From contig CAZORQ010000006.1 in the NCBI GenBank assembly GCA_964582285.1, positions 14,086 through 78,085 on the forward strand: a stretch of 64,000 bases of DNA, written 5' to 3'. The notes beneath the pieces were generated by a model. The model had not been told where the DNA came from. It worked only from the letters and a program-made list of their open reading frames with translations, and ran no database searches. The position numbers and the translations under genes were made by a program. Positions 8,907 to 18,959 of the stretch are shown here, piece after piece. Each line of letters starts with the position of its first letter. Within the stretch, counting starts at the first letter, position 1. The DNA is from an uncultured Thermotogae bacterium. GTDB lineage: Bacteria; Bipolaricaulota; Bipolaricaulia; UBA7950; UBA9294.

Positions 8907-10528
8907 CGTCGTTCCCAGCCTTCCCATTCCTTTCGCTTAAGCTCGCCCCGTTTGATCTTGCCGCTGGTCGTCTTCGGAAGCTCCGTCACATAGTCGATCG
9001 CGCGGGGGTACTTGTACGGCGCGGTAACGTTCTTGACGTGATTCTGAAGCGCCTTGGTTAGCTCTTCGGTTGGCTCGAATCCCTCTGCCAAGATGATAAA
9101 CGCCTTGACAATCTCGCCGCGATCGTGGTGTGGAGCGGCGACCGCCGCCGCCTCGACGACCGCCGGGTGGCTGACCAGCGCATCTTCCACTTCGAATGGC
9201 CCGATCCGGTATCCCGACGTAAGAATCACGTCATCAGCCCGCCCCTCGAAGAACAGGTAGCCGTCTTCATCCATTCGGGCAAGATCCTTGGTCCGGTACC
9301 ACCCACCGGAGAACGCTTCAGAGTCAAGCTCTGGAGCGTTCCAGTAGCCATCGAAGATCGCCGGGCTGTCCGGTCTTAGGGAGATCTCGCCAACCTCTCC
9401 CTGCGGCACGGGATGGCCCGCCTCGTCGATCAGCACAACACCTGGGCCCGGCGTCGGCATGCCCATCGCTCCGGGCTTGACCGGCATACCAGGAAGATTA
9501 CAGACAAGGCAAACGCTCTCTGTCTGGCCGTAGCCATCTCGAATCGTCACCCCAAACGCTCGCTTGAACGCCTCGATCGGCTCGACATTAAGCGGCTCTC
9601 CGGCGGATAGCGCGTCCTTCAATACGATGCCCTCTCCGAAAAGGTTCGGAACCTGGGCGAACAGGCGATACTCGGTCGGGGTGCAGCACAGCTTGGTAAC
9701 CTTGTACTTCGCCAGCAACTCGATGTACTTCGGACCATCGAACCGCCCGTTGTACATCACCTGTGTCGCACCGCTGGTCAGTGACACACCGATTGGGCTC
9801 CAGTACCATTTGGCCCATCCCGGTGCCGTGGTAGCCCAGATGATGTCGTCCTCCCCCGCGCCGTACCAGTAGCGGGCGGTAATTCGGTGATGGCAGTACA
9901 TCCATCGGTGCTTGTGAACCACCGGCTTTGGGCTGCCGGTGGTTCCTGAAGTGAAGTTGATCGTCATCGGATCATCGGCGGCCAGAGGAACCTTGGCGAC
10001 CTTCGGATCGGCGCTTGCCATCAACTCGCTGAACAGAAGCCAGCCCTCGCGGGGTTTGTCGGTCCCGATAAGGATGAACGTCTCCAGCGGCCATCCATCT
10101 CGAGCCTGTTCGACCGTCTCCGCCGTGGACACATCGGCGACGATCACCTTGGCGCCGCTCGTCTCGGCGCGGTAGACGATCTCCTTTGGCTTGAGCATCT
10201 CCGAGCTGGGAATCGCCACGCCGCCCGCAACGAATGTTCCCAACTGGGCCATGTGCGCCTCGGGAAGGCGCGGCAAGATGTGGATAACCGGATCGTTCTT
10301 TCCAACGCCAAGACCGATCAGCGCAGCGCCGAAACGGCGCATTCCGTCAGCGATCTCGCTGTAGGTCACACGCCGTTCGTGCCCGTCGGCATCCTCCCAC
10401 AACACGGCGATCTTGCGCGGATTCCGGGCCGCGTGCGCTTCCACAACATCAACGATGTTGTAATCGTTCGGAATTTCCCAACGGAACTGCTCGACCTCCT
10501 GCCGATACTGCGCCTCGTCGTATTGCAT
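8903..10528 (-). CDS. AMP-forming acyl-CoA synthetase/ligase (ANL superfamily)
   Basis: 541 aa. AMP-binding motif FTSGTTGSPKP, YGQTE, and a C-terminal PKTTSGKIKR. Confidence 0.9.
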   Translation of the reverse strand: MQYDEAQYRQEVEQFRWEIPNDYNIVDVVEAHAARNPRKIAVLWEDADGHERRVTYSEIADGMRRFGAALIGLGVGKNDPVIHILPRLPEAHMAQLGTFVAGGVAIPSSEMLKPKEIVYRAETSGAKVIVADVSTAETVEQARDGWPLETFILIGTDKPREGWLLFSELMASADPKVAKVPLAADDPMTINFTSGTTGSPKPVVHKHRWMYCHHRITARYWYGAGEDDIIWATTAPGWAKWYWSPIGVSLTSGATQVMYNGRFDGPKYIELLAKYKVTKLCCTPTEYRLFAQVPNLFGEGIVLKDALSAGEPLNVEPIEAFKRAFGVTIRDGYGQTESVCLVCNLPGMPVKPGAMGMPTPGPGVVLIDEAGHPVPQGEVGEISLRPDSPAIFDGYWNAPELDSEAFSGGWYRTKDLARMDEDGYLFFEGRADDVILTSGYRIGPFEVEDALVSHPAVVEAAAVAAPHHDRGEIVKAFIILAEGFEPTEELTKALQNHVKNVTAPYKYPRAIDYVTELPKTTSGKIKRGELKRKEWEGWERR

Positions 10529-10617
10529 CGTGTCGAATCACCCTGTGGCTTTGGTTTTGATTTCCGAATCTGAATCTTATAGCATGGCGCCATCTCGCCG
10601 CCAGTTTGAGGAGTGTC

Positions 10618-11373
10618 ATGAAAGCCTCTGCCGTTCTTGCTCCCCATGCCGCCAAGCGTTTGATCGCTCGCGGCGTCGCTGCGCATCCATTGGTCACGCA
10701 CGCAATGACTGAGGGAACCGTTGTGATTGCCTTGGGGACAACCAATGCCTACGTCGCCGATGAGCTGCTCCGTGAGACCATTGACCACGGCGCATTCGCA
10801 GCCGGTGTAATCGACCGATGCTGGAACATCAATGCCCGCATCGGAGAGGCAAAAGAACTCGTCCTCCAGGGCGGGAAGTCCGTCGATGTCGAGGCCGACA
10901 AGCTGCTGGCGTCACTCGGCCCAAGTGATGTCATCATCAAGGGAGGCAACGCCCTCGATCCGTTTGGCACGGTCGGCGTGTTGATGGCATCTCCGACAGG
11001 CGGTACGGTCGGGCGGTATGTCGCGTCAGCGCTTGCTCGAGGCGTGGGTATCGTCATCCCGATCAGCGTCGGCAAGTCGATTCACACATCGATCGTCGAC
11101 CTTTCGCTCCAGATGGGAAGCAAGCGAACGGAGCTGTCAACCGGTCTTGCAAGCGGTATCTACCCGCTTGCAGGGCATGTGGTGAGTGAGATCGAGGCAC
11201 TGGACCTATTGTATGAGATTGAGGCAACGCACGTCGCCTCTGGAGGAATCGGCAAGGGCACGGGAAGCGTTTCATTATTGATGGAGGGCGAAGCCAATGC
11301 CGTTCGAGACGCGTTCTCCTTCATCGAATCCTTGGCAAGCGAGGAAGAGCCCACCGTTCAAGGGCGGCAATGA
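10618..11373 (+). CDS. conserved hypothetical protein
   Basis: The ORF track starts at TTG 10606. ATG 10618 has a GAGGAG RBS. Globular composition. It is first in a translationally coupled string with yigZ-ruvA-ruvX. No family recognised. Confidence 0.6.
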   Translation: MKASAVLAPHAAKRLIARGVAAHPLVTHAMTEGTVVIALGTTNAYVADELLRETIDHGAFAAGVIDRCWNINARIGEAKELVLQGGKSVDVEADKLLASLGPSDVIIKGGNALDPFGTVGVLMASPTGGTVGRYVASALARGVGIVIPISVGKSIHTSIVDLSLQMGSKRTELSTGLASGIYPLAGHVVSEIEALDLLYEIEATHVASGGIGKGTGSVSLLMEGEANAVRDAFSFIESLASEEEPTVQGRQ

Positions 11374-11981
11374 TCGACTCGTATCGAACAATCTCTGCAC
11401 CTGCCACTGCACGGATCACTCGAAAGAAATCTCGCTTCATCGGGGATGCGTTTCCGATTGCATCGGCCGATGAGGCTCGAAACAGAGTATCTACAGTACG
11501 AAAGCGACGTCACGATGCATCGCATCACTGCTTCGCCTACCGCCTGCTCGGGCCCGATGGCCCGGCAAGCTACTTGGAGGACGCCGGCGAGCCGTCCGGA
11601 TCGGCCGGTCTCCCGATCCTCCAACAGATCGAATCATCCAGCTTGCTGAATGTTCTTGTTGTCATCACACGCTACTTCGGAGGAACCAAGCTCGGCATCG
11701 GAGGCCTTGTCCGAGCCTATGGCGATGCTGCTCGTGCCGCACTGGAGGCCACCAATGTCGTTGAGAAGATGCTCCGCGTTGTGGTTTCGCTTCGCTTCCC
11801 GATCGAGGTAAACTCAAACGTCATGGCTACGATCCACCGCTACAAGGCTGATGTGAAGGATATTGCGTACGATGAGCACGTATCCGTCCATGTCTCCCTA
11901 CCGCCAAGTCGTGTGGCCGGTTTCCGCGATGCGCTGGTGGAGGTCACAGGCAACCGGACGCGTGTCGAGGAGAGCCAATGA
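11370..11981 (+). CDS. yigZ: YigZ / IMPACT-family (UPF0029) protein
   Basis: KSRFIG...HHCFAYRL...DAGEPSGSAGLPIL...VVITRYFGGTKLGIGGLVRAYG. ATGA overlap with the upstream gene. Confidence 0.8.
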   Translation: MIDSYRTISAPATARITRKKSRFIGDAFPIASADEARNRVSTVRKRRHDASHHCFAYRLLGPDGPASYLEDAGEPSGSAGLPILQQIESSSLLNVLVVITRYFGGTKLGIGGLVRAYGDAARAALEATNVVEKMLRVVVSLRFPIEVNSNVMATIHRYKADVKDIAYDEHVSVHVSLPPSRVAGFRDALVEVTGNRTRVEESQ

Positions 11982-12562
11982 TTGATTCCATCGCGGGGAA
12001 GGTCGTGGAGGTCGGAGCCGATCATGCGGTGATTGATACCGGAGGGATTGCCTACCGAGCATCCGCGACTGCAGCGGCGCTCCGAGAGTTGGCCGTGGGT
12101 CACGAGTCCCTGCTCTACACACAGCTGATCGTACGCGATGACTCCATGCAGCTCTTCGGGTTCGCTTCACGTGACGAGCGAGAGGTATTCGGCCAACTAC
12201 TTACCGTAGGACAGGTTGGGCCAAAGCTTGCATTGCAGATTCTGTCCGCCTTGCCGCTCAACGACCTCATCCAAGCGGTCACCGGCGGACATGTCGATCG
12301 CCTCACAGCGGTCAAGGGCGTTGGCAAGAAAACCGCGGAGCGGATTCTTGTGGATCTGCGAGACAAGATGGGTGCCCCCGGTCCAGGTTCTTCGGGAGAT
12401 TTCCTGCTTTCAAGTCGTGAGGAGACAGCGCTGCTGGCGCTTACGTCCAAGCTTGGATACTCGCCACGTGAGGCGCGTGAGGCGCTTCAGCGTCTCCGCG
12501 GACGAGATCTCTCCCCCGAAGACCTCGTTCGGGGCGCACTACAGATCCTCGGCAGCGGATGA
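11978..12562 (+). CDS. ruvA: Holliday junction DNA helicase subunit RuvA
   Basis: 194 aa. MIDSIAGKVVEV...LYTQLIVRDDSMQLFGF...EREVFGQLLTVGQVGPKLALQILS and VKGVGKKTAERI HhH motifs. Confidence 0.9.
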   Translation: MIDSIAGKVVEVGADHAVIDTGGIAYRASATAAALRELAVGHESLLYTQLIVRDDSMQLFGFASRDEREVFGQLLTVGQVGPKLALQILSALPLNDLIQAVTGGHVDRLTAVKGVGKKTAERILVDLRDKMGAPGPGSSGDFLLSSREETALLALTSKLGYSPREAREALQRLRGRDLSPEDLVRGALQILGSG

Positions 12563-12990
12563 GAACCCTGGGCATCGACTACGGCCGGCGAAGGATCGGG
12601 CTGGCTCTCAGCGACGAGGAGGGCATCCTCGCGAGCCCTCTGCGAGTCTACATCCGCGGGCACTCCGAAGAGAAAGACATGGCAGCGTTGGTATCGCTAA
12701 TTAGGAAACTCGAAGCAACAGAACTCGTGATTGGACTACCGCTCAACATGGATGGCTCTCACGGAGAGATGGCGCTTGAGGTTGCCGAATTCGCACGTCG
12801 GATTCAGCAGGAGACCGGGCTTCAAGTCGAGTTGTACGACGAACGGCTCACCAGCCAGGAGGCAGAACGCGTCCTTATCGAGGCAAACCTCTCGCGGCGG
12901 CGGCGGCGAGAGCATAGAGACAGCCTCTCCGCGGTGCTGATCCTACAGGGGCATCTTGATCGACGGCGTTCCTCCAAGCACTCCTTGTAG
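12559..12990 (+). CDS. ruvX: Holliday junction resolvase-like nuclease RuvX (YqgF)
   Basis: 143 aa. MRTLGIDYGRRRIGLALSD...VIGLPLNMDGS...DERLTS. ATGA overlap with ruvA. Confidence 0.9.
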   Translation: MRTLGIDYGRRRIGLALSDEEGILASPLRVYIRGHSEEKDMAALVSLIRKLEATELVIGLPLNMDGSHGEMALEVAEFARRIQQETGLQVELYDERLTSQEAERVLIEANLSRRRRREHRDSLSAVLILQGHLDRRRSSKHSL

Positions 12991-13010
12991 AGTGAGGAAA
13001 AGGAAAGCTG

Positions 13011-13181
13011 CTAGCCTTTTTTCTCTTCTCGTTTGAGAAATTCCAGAATCGCTTCGACGACCAAGTAATTCACCGAACGGTCCTTCTTCGCAGCCAACTT
13101 GAGAAGCCGCTCGACCGGCTTCTGCCCGATTTTGCTCTTCGGCACATAGATCGAGATCTTGTCCAGGAGCTGTTTCGGCAC
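13011..13181 (-). CDS. small ribbon-helix-helix (CopG/Arc-like) protein
   Basis: GTG 13181 is preceded by AAGGGGGA. The 56-aa product (VPKQLLDKISIYVPKS...ERLLKLAAKKDRSVNYLVVEAILEFLKREEKKG) fits a beta-strand plus two-helix RHH pattern. Visibly more AT-rich than its neighbours. Confidence 0.55.
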   Translation of the reverse strand: MPKQLLDKISIYVPKSKIGQKPVERLLKLAAKKDRSVNYLVVEAILEFLKREEKKG

Positions 13182-13261
13182 GAGATCCCCCTTTTCGCTG
13201 TACGTTGTAGATTGTATTGTAGCAGCCTTAGTTAGAGAGGGCAAGGCGGTGCCAGACGTGG

Positions 13262-14357
13262 TTACGCGCATTCCATGGCCGATTGCTCCAAGTATGCTTC
13301 GATGAAGCCTCCGAGGTCGCCATCGAGGACTGCATCGATGTTCCCCGTCTCGTGTTCCGTACGATGATCTTTCACCATTTGATACGGATGGAGGACGTAC
13401 GAGCGGATCTGACTTCCCCACTCGATCTCCTTCAGCTCTCCTTGCAGTTCCTCGAGTTGTTTCGCTTGTTGCTCGCGGAGGATGTCATTCAGCCGGGCGC
13501 GAAGGACTCGCATCGCGTTATCCTTGTTCTGGTGCTGGCTTCGCTCATTCTGGCAAGACACGGCAATGCCCGTTGGGATGTGCGTGATCCGTACGGCAGA
13601 GTCAGTCACGTTGACATGCTGGCCGCCCGCCCCAGAGGATCGATACGTGTCAATGCGAAGCTCTTTTGGGTCAATCTGGAGGACAGCTTCTTCGACCTCG
13701 GGCATGACGGACACCGCAGCGAATGATGTGTGCCTCCTATGGGCAGAGTCAAACGGAGAAAGACGTACCAACCGGTGAACCCCCTTCTCCCCCCGGAGAT
13801 TTCCGTACGCATACCGTCCCTTAACTTCCAGTGTAGCACCGCGGATTCCGGCCACTTCGGCAGGGTTTGACTCGAGCAGTACGGCTTTGAATCCCATCCG
13901 CTCGCAGAACCGACCGTACATTCTCAACAGCATCTCTGCCCAATCCTGCGAATCGGTCCCCCCAGCACCGGCGTTGATGGACACGTAGCAGTTCCCTAGG
14001 TCATACTCGCCTGAGAATGACAGCTCGACCCTTAGCTGCTGCACGCGTTCAGTAACGTTAGTGATGCGCTCGTCGAGATCATCGAGTTCGGCAGTGTCCC
14101 CAGTGTCCTCTGCCATCTGGTGAAGAAGCTCAATCTCCTCGACCTCTGTGGCGATGCTGTCGTAGCCGGTCAGCCTCGTCCGGGCGTGCTCGACCTGTTG
14201 AGCGACGGCCTTGGATCGGTCGCGATCCTCCCAGAACCCTGGGTTCGCCATTTCCGCTTCGAGCTGCTGGATCTCCTTGCGAAGCCCTGTCGGGTCAAAC
14301 GCAATCGCCGATCCGTTTCACGAGTTCCTTCAACCTTGTGATCCTCTCTTCGTGCAT
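13262..14357 (-). CDS. prfB: peptide chain release factor 2, requiring a programmed +1 ribosomal frameshift
   Basis: Frame 0 runs from ATG 14357: MHEERITRLKELVKRIGDCV, then TGA (14297-14295). The +1 frame continues DPTGLRKEIQQLEAEMANPGFWEDRDR... into the 329-aa ORF of the track. SPF (RLSPFDS) and GGQ (SGAGGQHVN) motifs are present. The joined length is 364 aa, typical of RF2. Confidence 0.9.
14295..14300 (-). other. prfB: RF2 +1 frameshift site GTT TGA (C)
   Basis: Minus strand reads ...GGC GAT TGC GTT TGA CCC. The position aligns with the E. coli CTT TGA C site (RGYL*DYD versus GDCV*DPT). Confidence 0.85.
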
Positions 14358-14491
14358 CGTCGCCCTTTCCCTTGTTCCTCGAACGTTTATAGGCGAATCG
14401 GCGGCCGTCCTCAACCGCCCACAGCATCATGCCCCTCATTGACAGCAGCAGGATCGGTCACTACGATGACGGCCCCAGGGAGGCCAGCCGC

Positions 14492-16009
14492 ATGAGGGAG
14501 TCGATCCACATCATAGGAGGCGGAATCGCTGGCCTATCTGCAGGCTGCTATGCACAGATGAACGGCTACCAGAGCCGGGTCTTCGAGATGAATTCCGTTC
14601 CAGGTGGGTTGTGTACGGCATGGCGGAGAGACGGCTACACGATTGATGGCTGCATCCACTGGCTTGTCGGTTCGTCTCCAACCCATCGGCTCCACCGTGT
14701 TTGGCGGGAAGTCGGTGCCGTACCGCATCAACCGATCTACAACCATGATCTGTTCATCCAGATCGAAGGAGAGTCTGGTGACGCCTTCACTCTCTTCACA
14801 AACATCGATCGATTGGCTGCACATCTGATCGAACTTGCCCCAGAGGATCGGGATGTTCTGTCCGAATGGATTCGCGGACTGCATCGATTTGCTCGAATGG
14901 ATCTCCCAATCGAGCAGCCAATTGACTGGATCGGCGCCATCCGGAAGCTTGGTTCTTCATTGCGGTTCCTTCCTCACATCGGGGCATTTCGACGCTGGGC
15001 GCAGACAACGGTTCGTCAGTTCGCGGATGATCTCGATAACCCGTTCTTGCGGCAAACGTTTCCATTGGCGTTCGACTTCCCGGACTTTCCGATGGTTGCC
15101 ATGATGATGACGCTCGCTTGGATGCACAACAACGGCTCGGGATACCCCATCGGAGGGTCCCTCCCCTTCGCTCGGTCCATCGAGCAGCGGTATCTCGATC
15201 TAGGTGGGGTCATCGAGTACGGTGCACGCGTTGAGAAGATTCTTGTTGATGAGAACCGCGCCGTCGGGATACGCCTTGCCGACGGAACAGAGTGCAACTC
15301 TGATCTCGTCGTTTCCGCTGCCGATGGGCACGCGACGATCTTCGATCTCCTTGAGGGGAGTTATTGCGGCGCAGCTGTTCGCAGCCATTACGAACAGCTT
15401 CCCATTTTCCCACCGCTCCTCCTTCTCGGTATCGGAGTGAATCGGATCCTCGATGGATTTCCACACGCGGCGTCAGGACTGAATTTTCCCCTTCACGATG
15501 CCATCACCGTGGACTGCCGTAAACTGACCAGGTTGTCCGTGCAGGCAAACACGTTTGATCCTACGCTCGCTCCACATGGGAAGACCGTGCTGAAAGTCAC
15601 GATCCCGTCGAACTACGAACGGTGGCGGAAACTTTCTGAGGAGCCCCACGCGTATCGCGAGGAGAAGGACGCCATCGTCGCTGAAGTGCTTCGCGGCCTG
15701 GATCAGCGCTTCCCTGGGCTGTCGAGTGACGTCGAGATGATCGATGTCGCAACTCCGATGACATGGTACCGTCACACAGGCAATTGGCAGGGAAGCTTCG
15801 AAGGATGGCTCCCTTCCCCGAAATCGCTTGCCCTGCGGATGCCCAACACACTCCCCGGGCTCTATGGCTTCTATATGGCCGGCCAATGGGTTCTGCCGGG
15901 TGGCGGTCTTCCCGCAGCGGTGATTTCAGCTCGCCACGCCATTCGGTTGATCTGCAAGAATGACAACAAGCGATTCAGAACCAGCACTCCCCGGGCACCG
16001 GCAAGCTAG
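14492..16009 (+). CDS. phytoene desaturase-family (CrtI-like) FAD/NAD(P)-dependent oxidoreductase
   Basis: The ORF is open from 14429. ATG 14492 has a GGGAGG RBS. Rossmann motif IHIIGGGIAGLSAGCYAQMNGY...VFE...PGG. Length and C-terminal FYMAGQWVLPGGGLP are typical of the family. Confidence 0.8.
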   Translation: MRESIHIIGGGIAGLSAGCYAQMNGYQSRVFEMNSVPGGLCTAWRRDGYTIDGCIHWLVGSSPTHRLHRVWREVGAVPHQPIYNHDLFIQIEGESGDAFTLFTNIDRLAAHLIELAPEDRDVLSEWIRGLHRFARMDLPIEQPIDWIGAIRKLGSSLRFLPHIGAFRRWAQTTVRQFADDLDNPFLRQTFPLAFDFPDFPMVAMMMTLAWMHNNGSGYPIGGSLPFARSIEQRYLDLGGVIEYGARVEKILVDENRAVGIRLADGTECNSDLVVSAADGHATIFDLLEGSYCGAAVRSHYEQLPIFPPLLLLGIGVNRILDGFPHAASGLNFPLHDAITVDCRKLTRLSVQANTFDPTLAPHGKTVLKVTIPSNYERWRKLSEEPHAYREEKDAIVAEVLRGLDQRFPGLSSDVEMIDVATPMTWYRHTGNWQGSFEGWLPSPKSLALRMPNTLPGLYGFYMAGQWVLPGGGLPAAVISARHAIRLICKNDNKRFRTSTPRAPAS

Positions 16010-16070
16010 TCCGCATCCCGTTTCTGCGTAAAGGCCGCGGTTCAATGCACGATCATGGGAAGGAGAGAGA

Positions 16071-16364
16071 ATGCCAGACGAGAATATCCGCACCGAAGAA
16101 TTGACGATCGACGCAGAGAAACTTGTGGCGACGGTGAAGGAGATCATCCACAAGGGAAACGTACGTCGGATTGGTGTCCGAAACACAAGTGGAGAAACGC
16201 TGCTCGAGATCCCTCTCACGCTCGGCGTGGTTGGTGCGCTGCTTCTCCCGACACTCGCCGCCCTCGGCGCAATTGCCGCACTGGTGACACAGTGCACAAT
16301 CGTCATTGAACGAATCGAGACGTCGCCCCATTCAGAGGATGTGACACTCCAGGGGAGATCCTGA
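16071..16364 (+). CDS. DUF4342-domain protein
   Basis: 97 aa. KEIIHKGNVRRIGVRNTSGETLLEIPLTLGVVGALLLPTLAALGAIAALVTQCTIVIER matches the DUF4342 pattern. GGAAGGAGAG RBS. Confidence 0.7.
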   Translation: MPDENIRTEELTIDAEKLVATVKEIIHKGNVRRIGVRNTSGETLLEIPLTLGVVGALLLPTLAALGAIAALVTQCTIVIERIETSPHSEDVTLQGRS

Positions 16365-16547
16365 ATCAGGCAGTTCGTTCGCTCCGCGAAGATTGCTGGA
16401 GATGCCGTTCCGTCCTTGTACGCTCGCGATGCGTCGTTTTGCCCATAGCCGCAGGCTTCTCCGCGCCTCTTGATTCCAGTTGCCTCTATCCGAAACGGAT
16501 GCTAGGGTCGAAGGAGATCATCTGCAAATGGGGCAAGGAGGCCACAC

Positions 16548-18917
16548 GTGCAAACGCGCCCTGTACCGGAGAAGAGGCGTGCTCCATCCATCTACAGGCT
16601 ACTCGCCTGCGCGCTCACGCTCTTCTTCGCAGTTGGGTGGATCATCCCTAAGAGCAGCCAATGGACTCAGACGGCTGGCCCGCCGGGCGGCGCGATTGGC
16701 TGCGTCGCAGTGGATGTCGAGGACTCGCAGATCGTGTACGCCGCGGTCGAGCAAGCGGGCATCTACCGGAGTACGGATGGCGGTCGTTCATGGAGTCTCT
16801 CGCATGAGGGGATCGGTCAGTGGATCTCCGATATTTGCTCAACGCCATACGGCGTCTTCGCTTCTTACAGTCACTTCGGGTTGCTGCACTCGAGCGATCA
16901 GGGGAAGACGTGGGATTGGATCACAGTGGCTGATGAACACCGAATCACCGGCGTCCACTACGGTGTCCACGGCGACACTCTGCTCGCGAGAACCGAGCGG
17001 GGACAGCTCTACGTCAGCAGGGATGGAGGCCAAACGTGGCAAGATGCAACCGGAGATCTTCCGCGAGATGAGATCCTGGCGATGGGCGTCCGTGGACCCG
17101 AGGAGTATTGGGTCGCCTCTGGTCGTGGCCTGATCAACGGGCTCTACGTCACAATCAACGGTGGGCAGACCTGGATCCGCTCGTCGCTTGTCTCCATTCC
17201 GGATGCGTGCGTTCGTCACATGCTGGTGGCCGACGACGAGTCGGACCTAATCCTAGTTGGGTTTCACAACATCCACAACGAGGGTCGCCCGGAGGGTGTC
17301 AGCTACTCGTGGATTTCCCGAGACGGGGGGGAGACATGGTCGCCCCATTGGGGCGGCTTCGATCCCGACAACGGGTGGTGGCCTCTCGCGCAGGGACCGG
17401 ATGGCGCGCTGTACGTGAACAACGCGAACCACATCTATCGCTCCTCCGATCGCGGTGCAACCTGGCAGAACCTTCATCTCGTCGAGGCGCTTGGAGGCCG
17501 ACGTCCGGGGGACATCAGCCGGATGGATGTGGATCCCGATCATCCTGACCGGCTCTACATAGCCGTACTCAACGGCATTGCGGTGAGCCGAGACGGCGGC
17601 GCATTCTGGACTCTCGAGAGCGATGGGATCCTTCGTACACGGATCAGCCTCGTCGCCGCCGATCCGCTCGATCCAAACACCGTCTACGCTGCGAGCGCAA
17701 ACGGCGGCGGAACATATCGCACGACAAACGGCGGCGATTCATGGATGTGGCTCAACGGTGGCGGGCTACCGCATCCATGGGTTGACGAACTCATGGTTCA
17801 TCCCGTCGACCCATCCATCGTCTACGAAATCGTCGACACATCCGAGGTCTACCGATCGGAGGATTACGGCGCGACATGGACGACCGTATGGGATGACTTC
17901 AACTTCAGCTCGGTCTACACGCTGGCGCCAGCTCCGTCGGATCCCGATGTTATCTATGCCTGCAAGAACGGATTTGGCCTGTTCAAGAGTGGCGACGGCG
18001 GACAGTGGTGGCAATTCCTGCATCATTCCGAAGTCGACTACACATACACGCTTGCCGTTCACCCGCAGAACGCAGATGTGGTGTTCTCCGGATACAACCC
18101 GAAGCCATTTCAGGACTACTCAATGATCCGCAAGTCGATCGACGGCGGGACTCACTGGGCCACTGTCCTGCGCCTGGAGGGGTCCAACGGGATTACGTCA
18201 ATCGTCTTCGACCCCTTGGATCCGGATACCCTTTACGCCGCGAGCATCGGCGAACACGGGGGACGCGTTCACGTTAGCCGCGATGCCGGCGAAACGTGGA
18301 CCGTCCTCAACGAACGGTTCACAATGTGCACGGTGTGGGGGCAACCACAGTTGATCGGCGATCCGACCGATCCAGAAACGGTTTACGCCGCCACCTGGCT
18401 TGGCGGGACGTGGAAGACGACGGATGCCGGCGCAACATGGTCCCGGCTTGCCGGGGCTCCCATCTCGGGAACGTCCGTAGCGATCGATCCAGTTCATCCA
18501 CATGTGCTGTTCGTCAGCGATCGCTCTTCGCCGACCGTCTGGCGCTCGCTGGACGCAGGAGTAACGTGGTGTCGCGTCGCGGATTTCACGCAGGACCGTG
18601 CACTTCTCGTCATGCGAACTGCTGTGTACAACGGGATCGCCTACGCTGCAACGTTCCATCACGGTCTGCGGGGCGGAGATCTGTACCGGTCGCGGGACAA
18701 CGGCGAGACATGGGATCGGATCACCGGTTCGCTACCCAAAGGGATCCTCGACATTGCGATCGATCCACGCAACACGGACACCGTGTACATCACAACGAAC
18801 ATCAACGGCGCGTACCTTTCACACGATGGGGGAAACACGTGGGCACCCATCGAGAACTTCCCCGACGTGGGTGCCTATGATCTTGAGGTTCACCCGACAG
18901 ATTCATCGATTCTGTAG
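16548..18917 (+). CDS. BNR/Asp-box repeat beta-propeller protein, N-terminal 789 aa (ends at an in-frame TAG)
   Basis: GTG start with AAGGAGG RBS and an N-terminal membrane anchor. 16 Asp-boxes (S-x-D-x-G-x-T-W, e.g. STDGGRSW, SRDGGQTW, SHDGGNTW). Confidence 0.8.
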   Translation: MQTRPVPEKRRAPSIYRLLACALTLFFAVGWIIPKSSQWTQTAGPPGGAIGCVAVDVEDSQIVYAAVEQAGIYRSTDGGRSWSLSHEGIGQWISDICSTPYGVFASYSHFGLLHSSDQGKTWDWITVADEHRITGVHYGVHGDTLLARTERGQLYVSRDGGQTWQDATGDLPRDEILAMGVRGPEEYWVASGRGLINGLYVTINGGQTWIRSSLVSIPDACVRHMLVADDESDLILVGFHNIHNEGRPEGVSYSWISRDGGETWSPHWGGFDPDNGWWPLAQGPDGALYVNNANHIYRSSDRGATWQNLHLVEALGGRRPGDISRMDVDPDHPDRLYIAVLNGIAVSRDGGAFWTLESDGILRTRISLVAADPLDPNTVYAASANGGGTYRTTNGGDSWMWLNGGGLPHPWVDELMVHPVDPSIVYEIVDTSEVYRSEDYGATWTTVWDDFNFSSVYTLAPAPSDPDVIYACKNGFGLFKSGDGGQWWQFLHHSEVDYTYTLAVHPQNADVVFSGYNPKPFQDYSMIRKSIDGGTHWATVLRLEGSNGITSIVFDPLDPDTLYAASIGEHGGRVHVSRDAGETWTVLNERFTMCTVWGQPQLIGDPTDPETVYAATWLGGTWKTTDAGATWSRLAGAPISGTSVAIDPVHPHVLFVSDRSSPTVWRSLDAGVTWCRVADFTQDRALLVMRTAVYNGIAYAATFHHGLRGGDLYRSRDNGETWDRITGSLPKGILDIAIDPRNTDTVYITTNINGAYLSHDGGNTWAPIENFPDVGAYDLEVHPTDSSIL

Positions 18918-18959
18918 GCATCGGCTCGAGGTGGATCGCTTCCCGGCTGGTTCACAGCA

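Noticed and set aside
18915-18917. The in-frame TAG in the BNR gene, considered as evidence of stop-codon reassignment or pyrrolysine.
   Set aside because: TAG terminates several well-defined genes in the same window at the expected positions (phnD at 2092-2094, phnC at 2948-2950, trpB2 at 22567-22569). The repeat register predicts Tyr, which is a single-base change. No pyl genes were seen.
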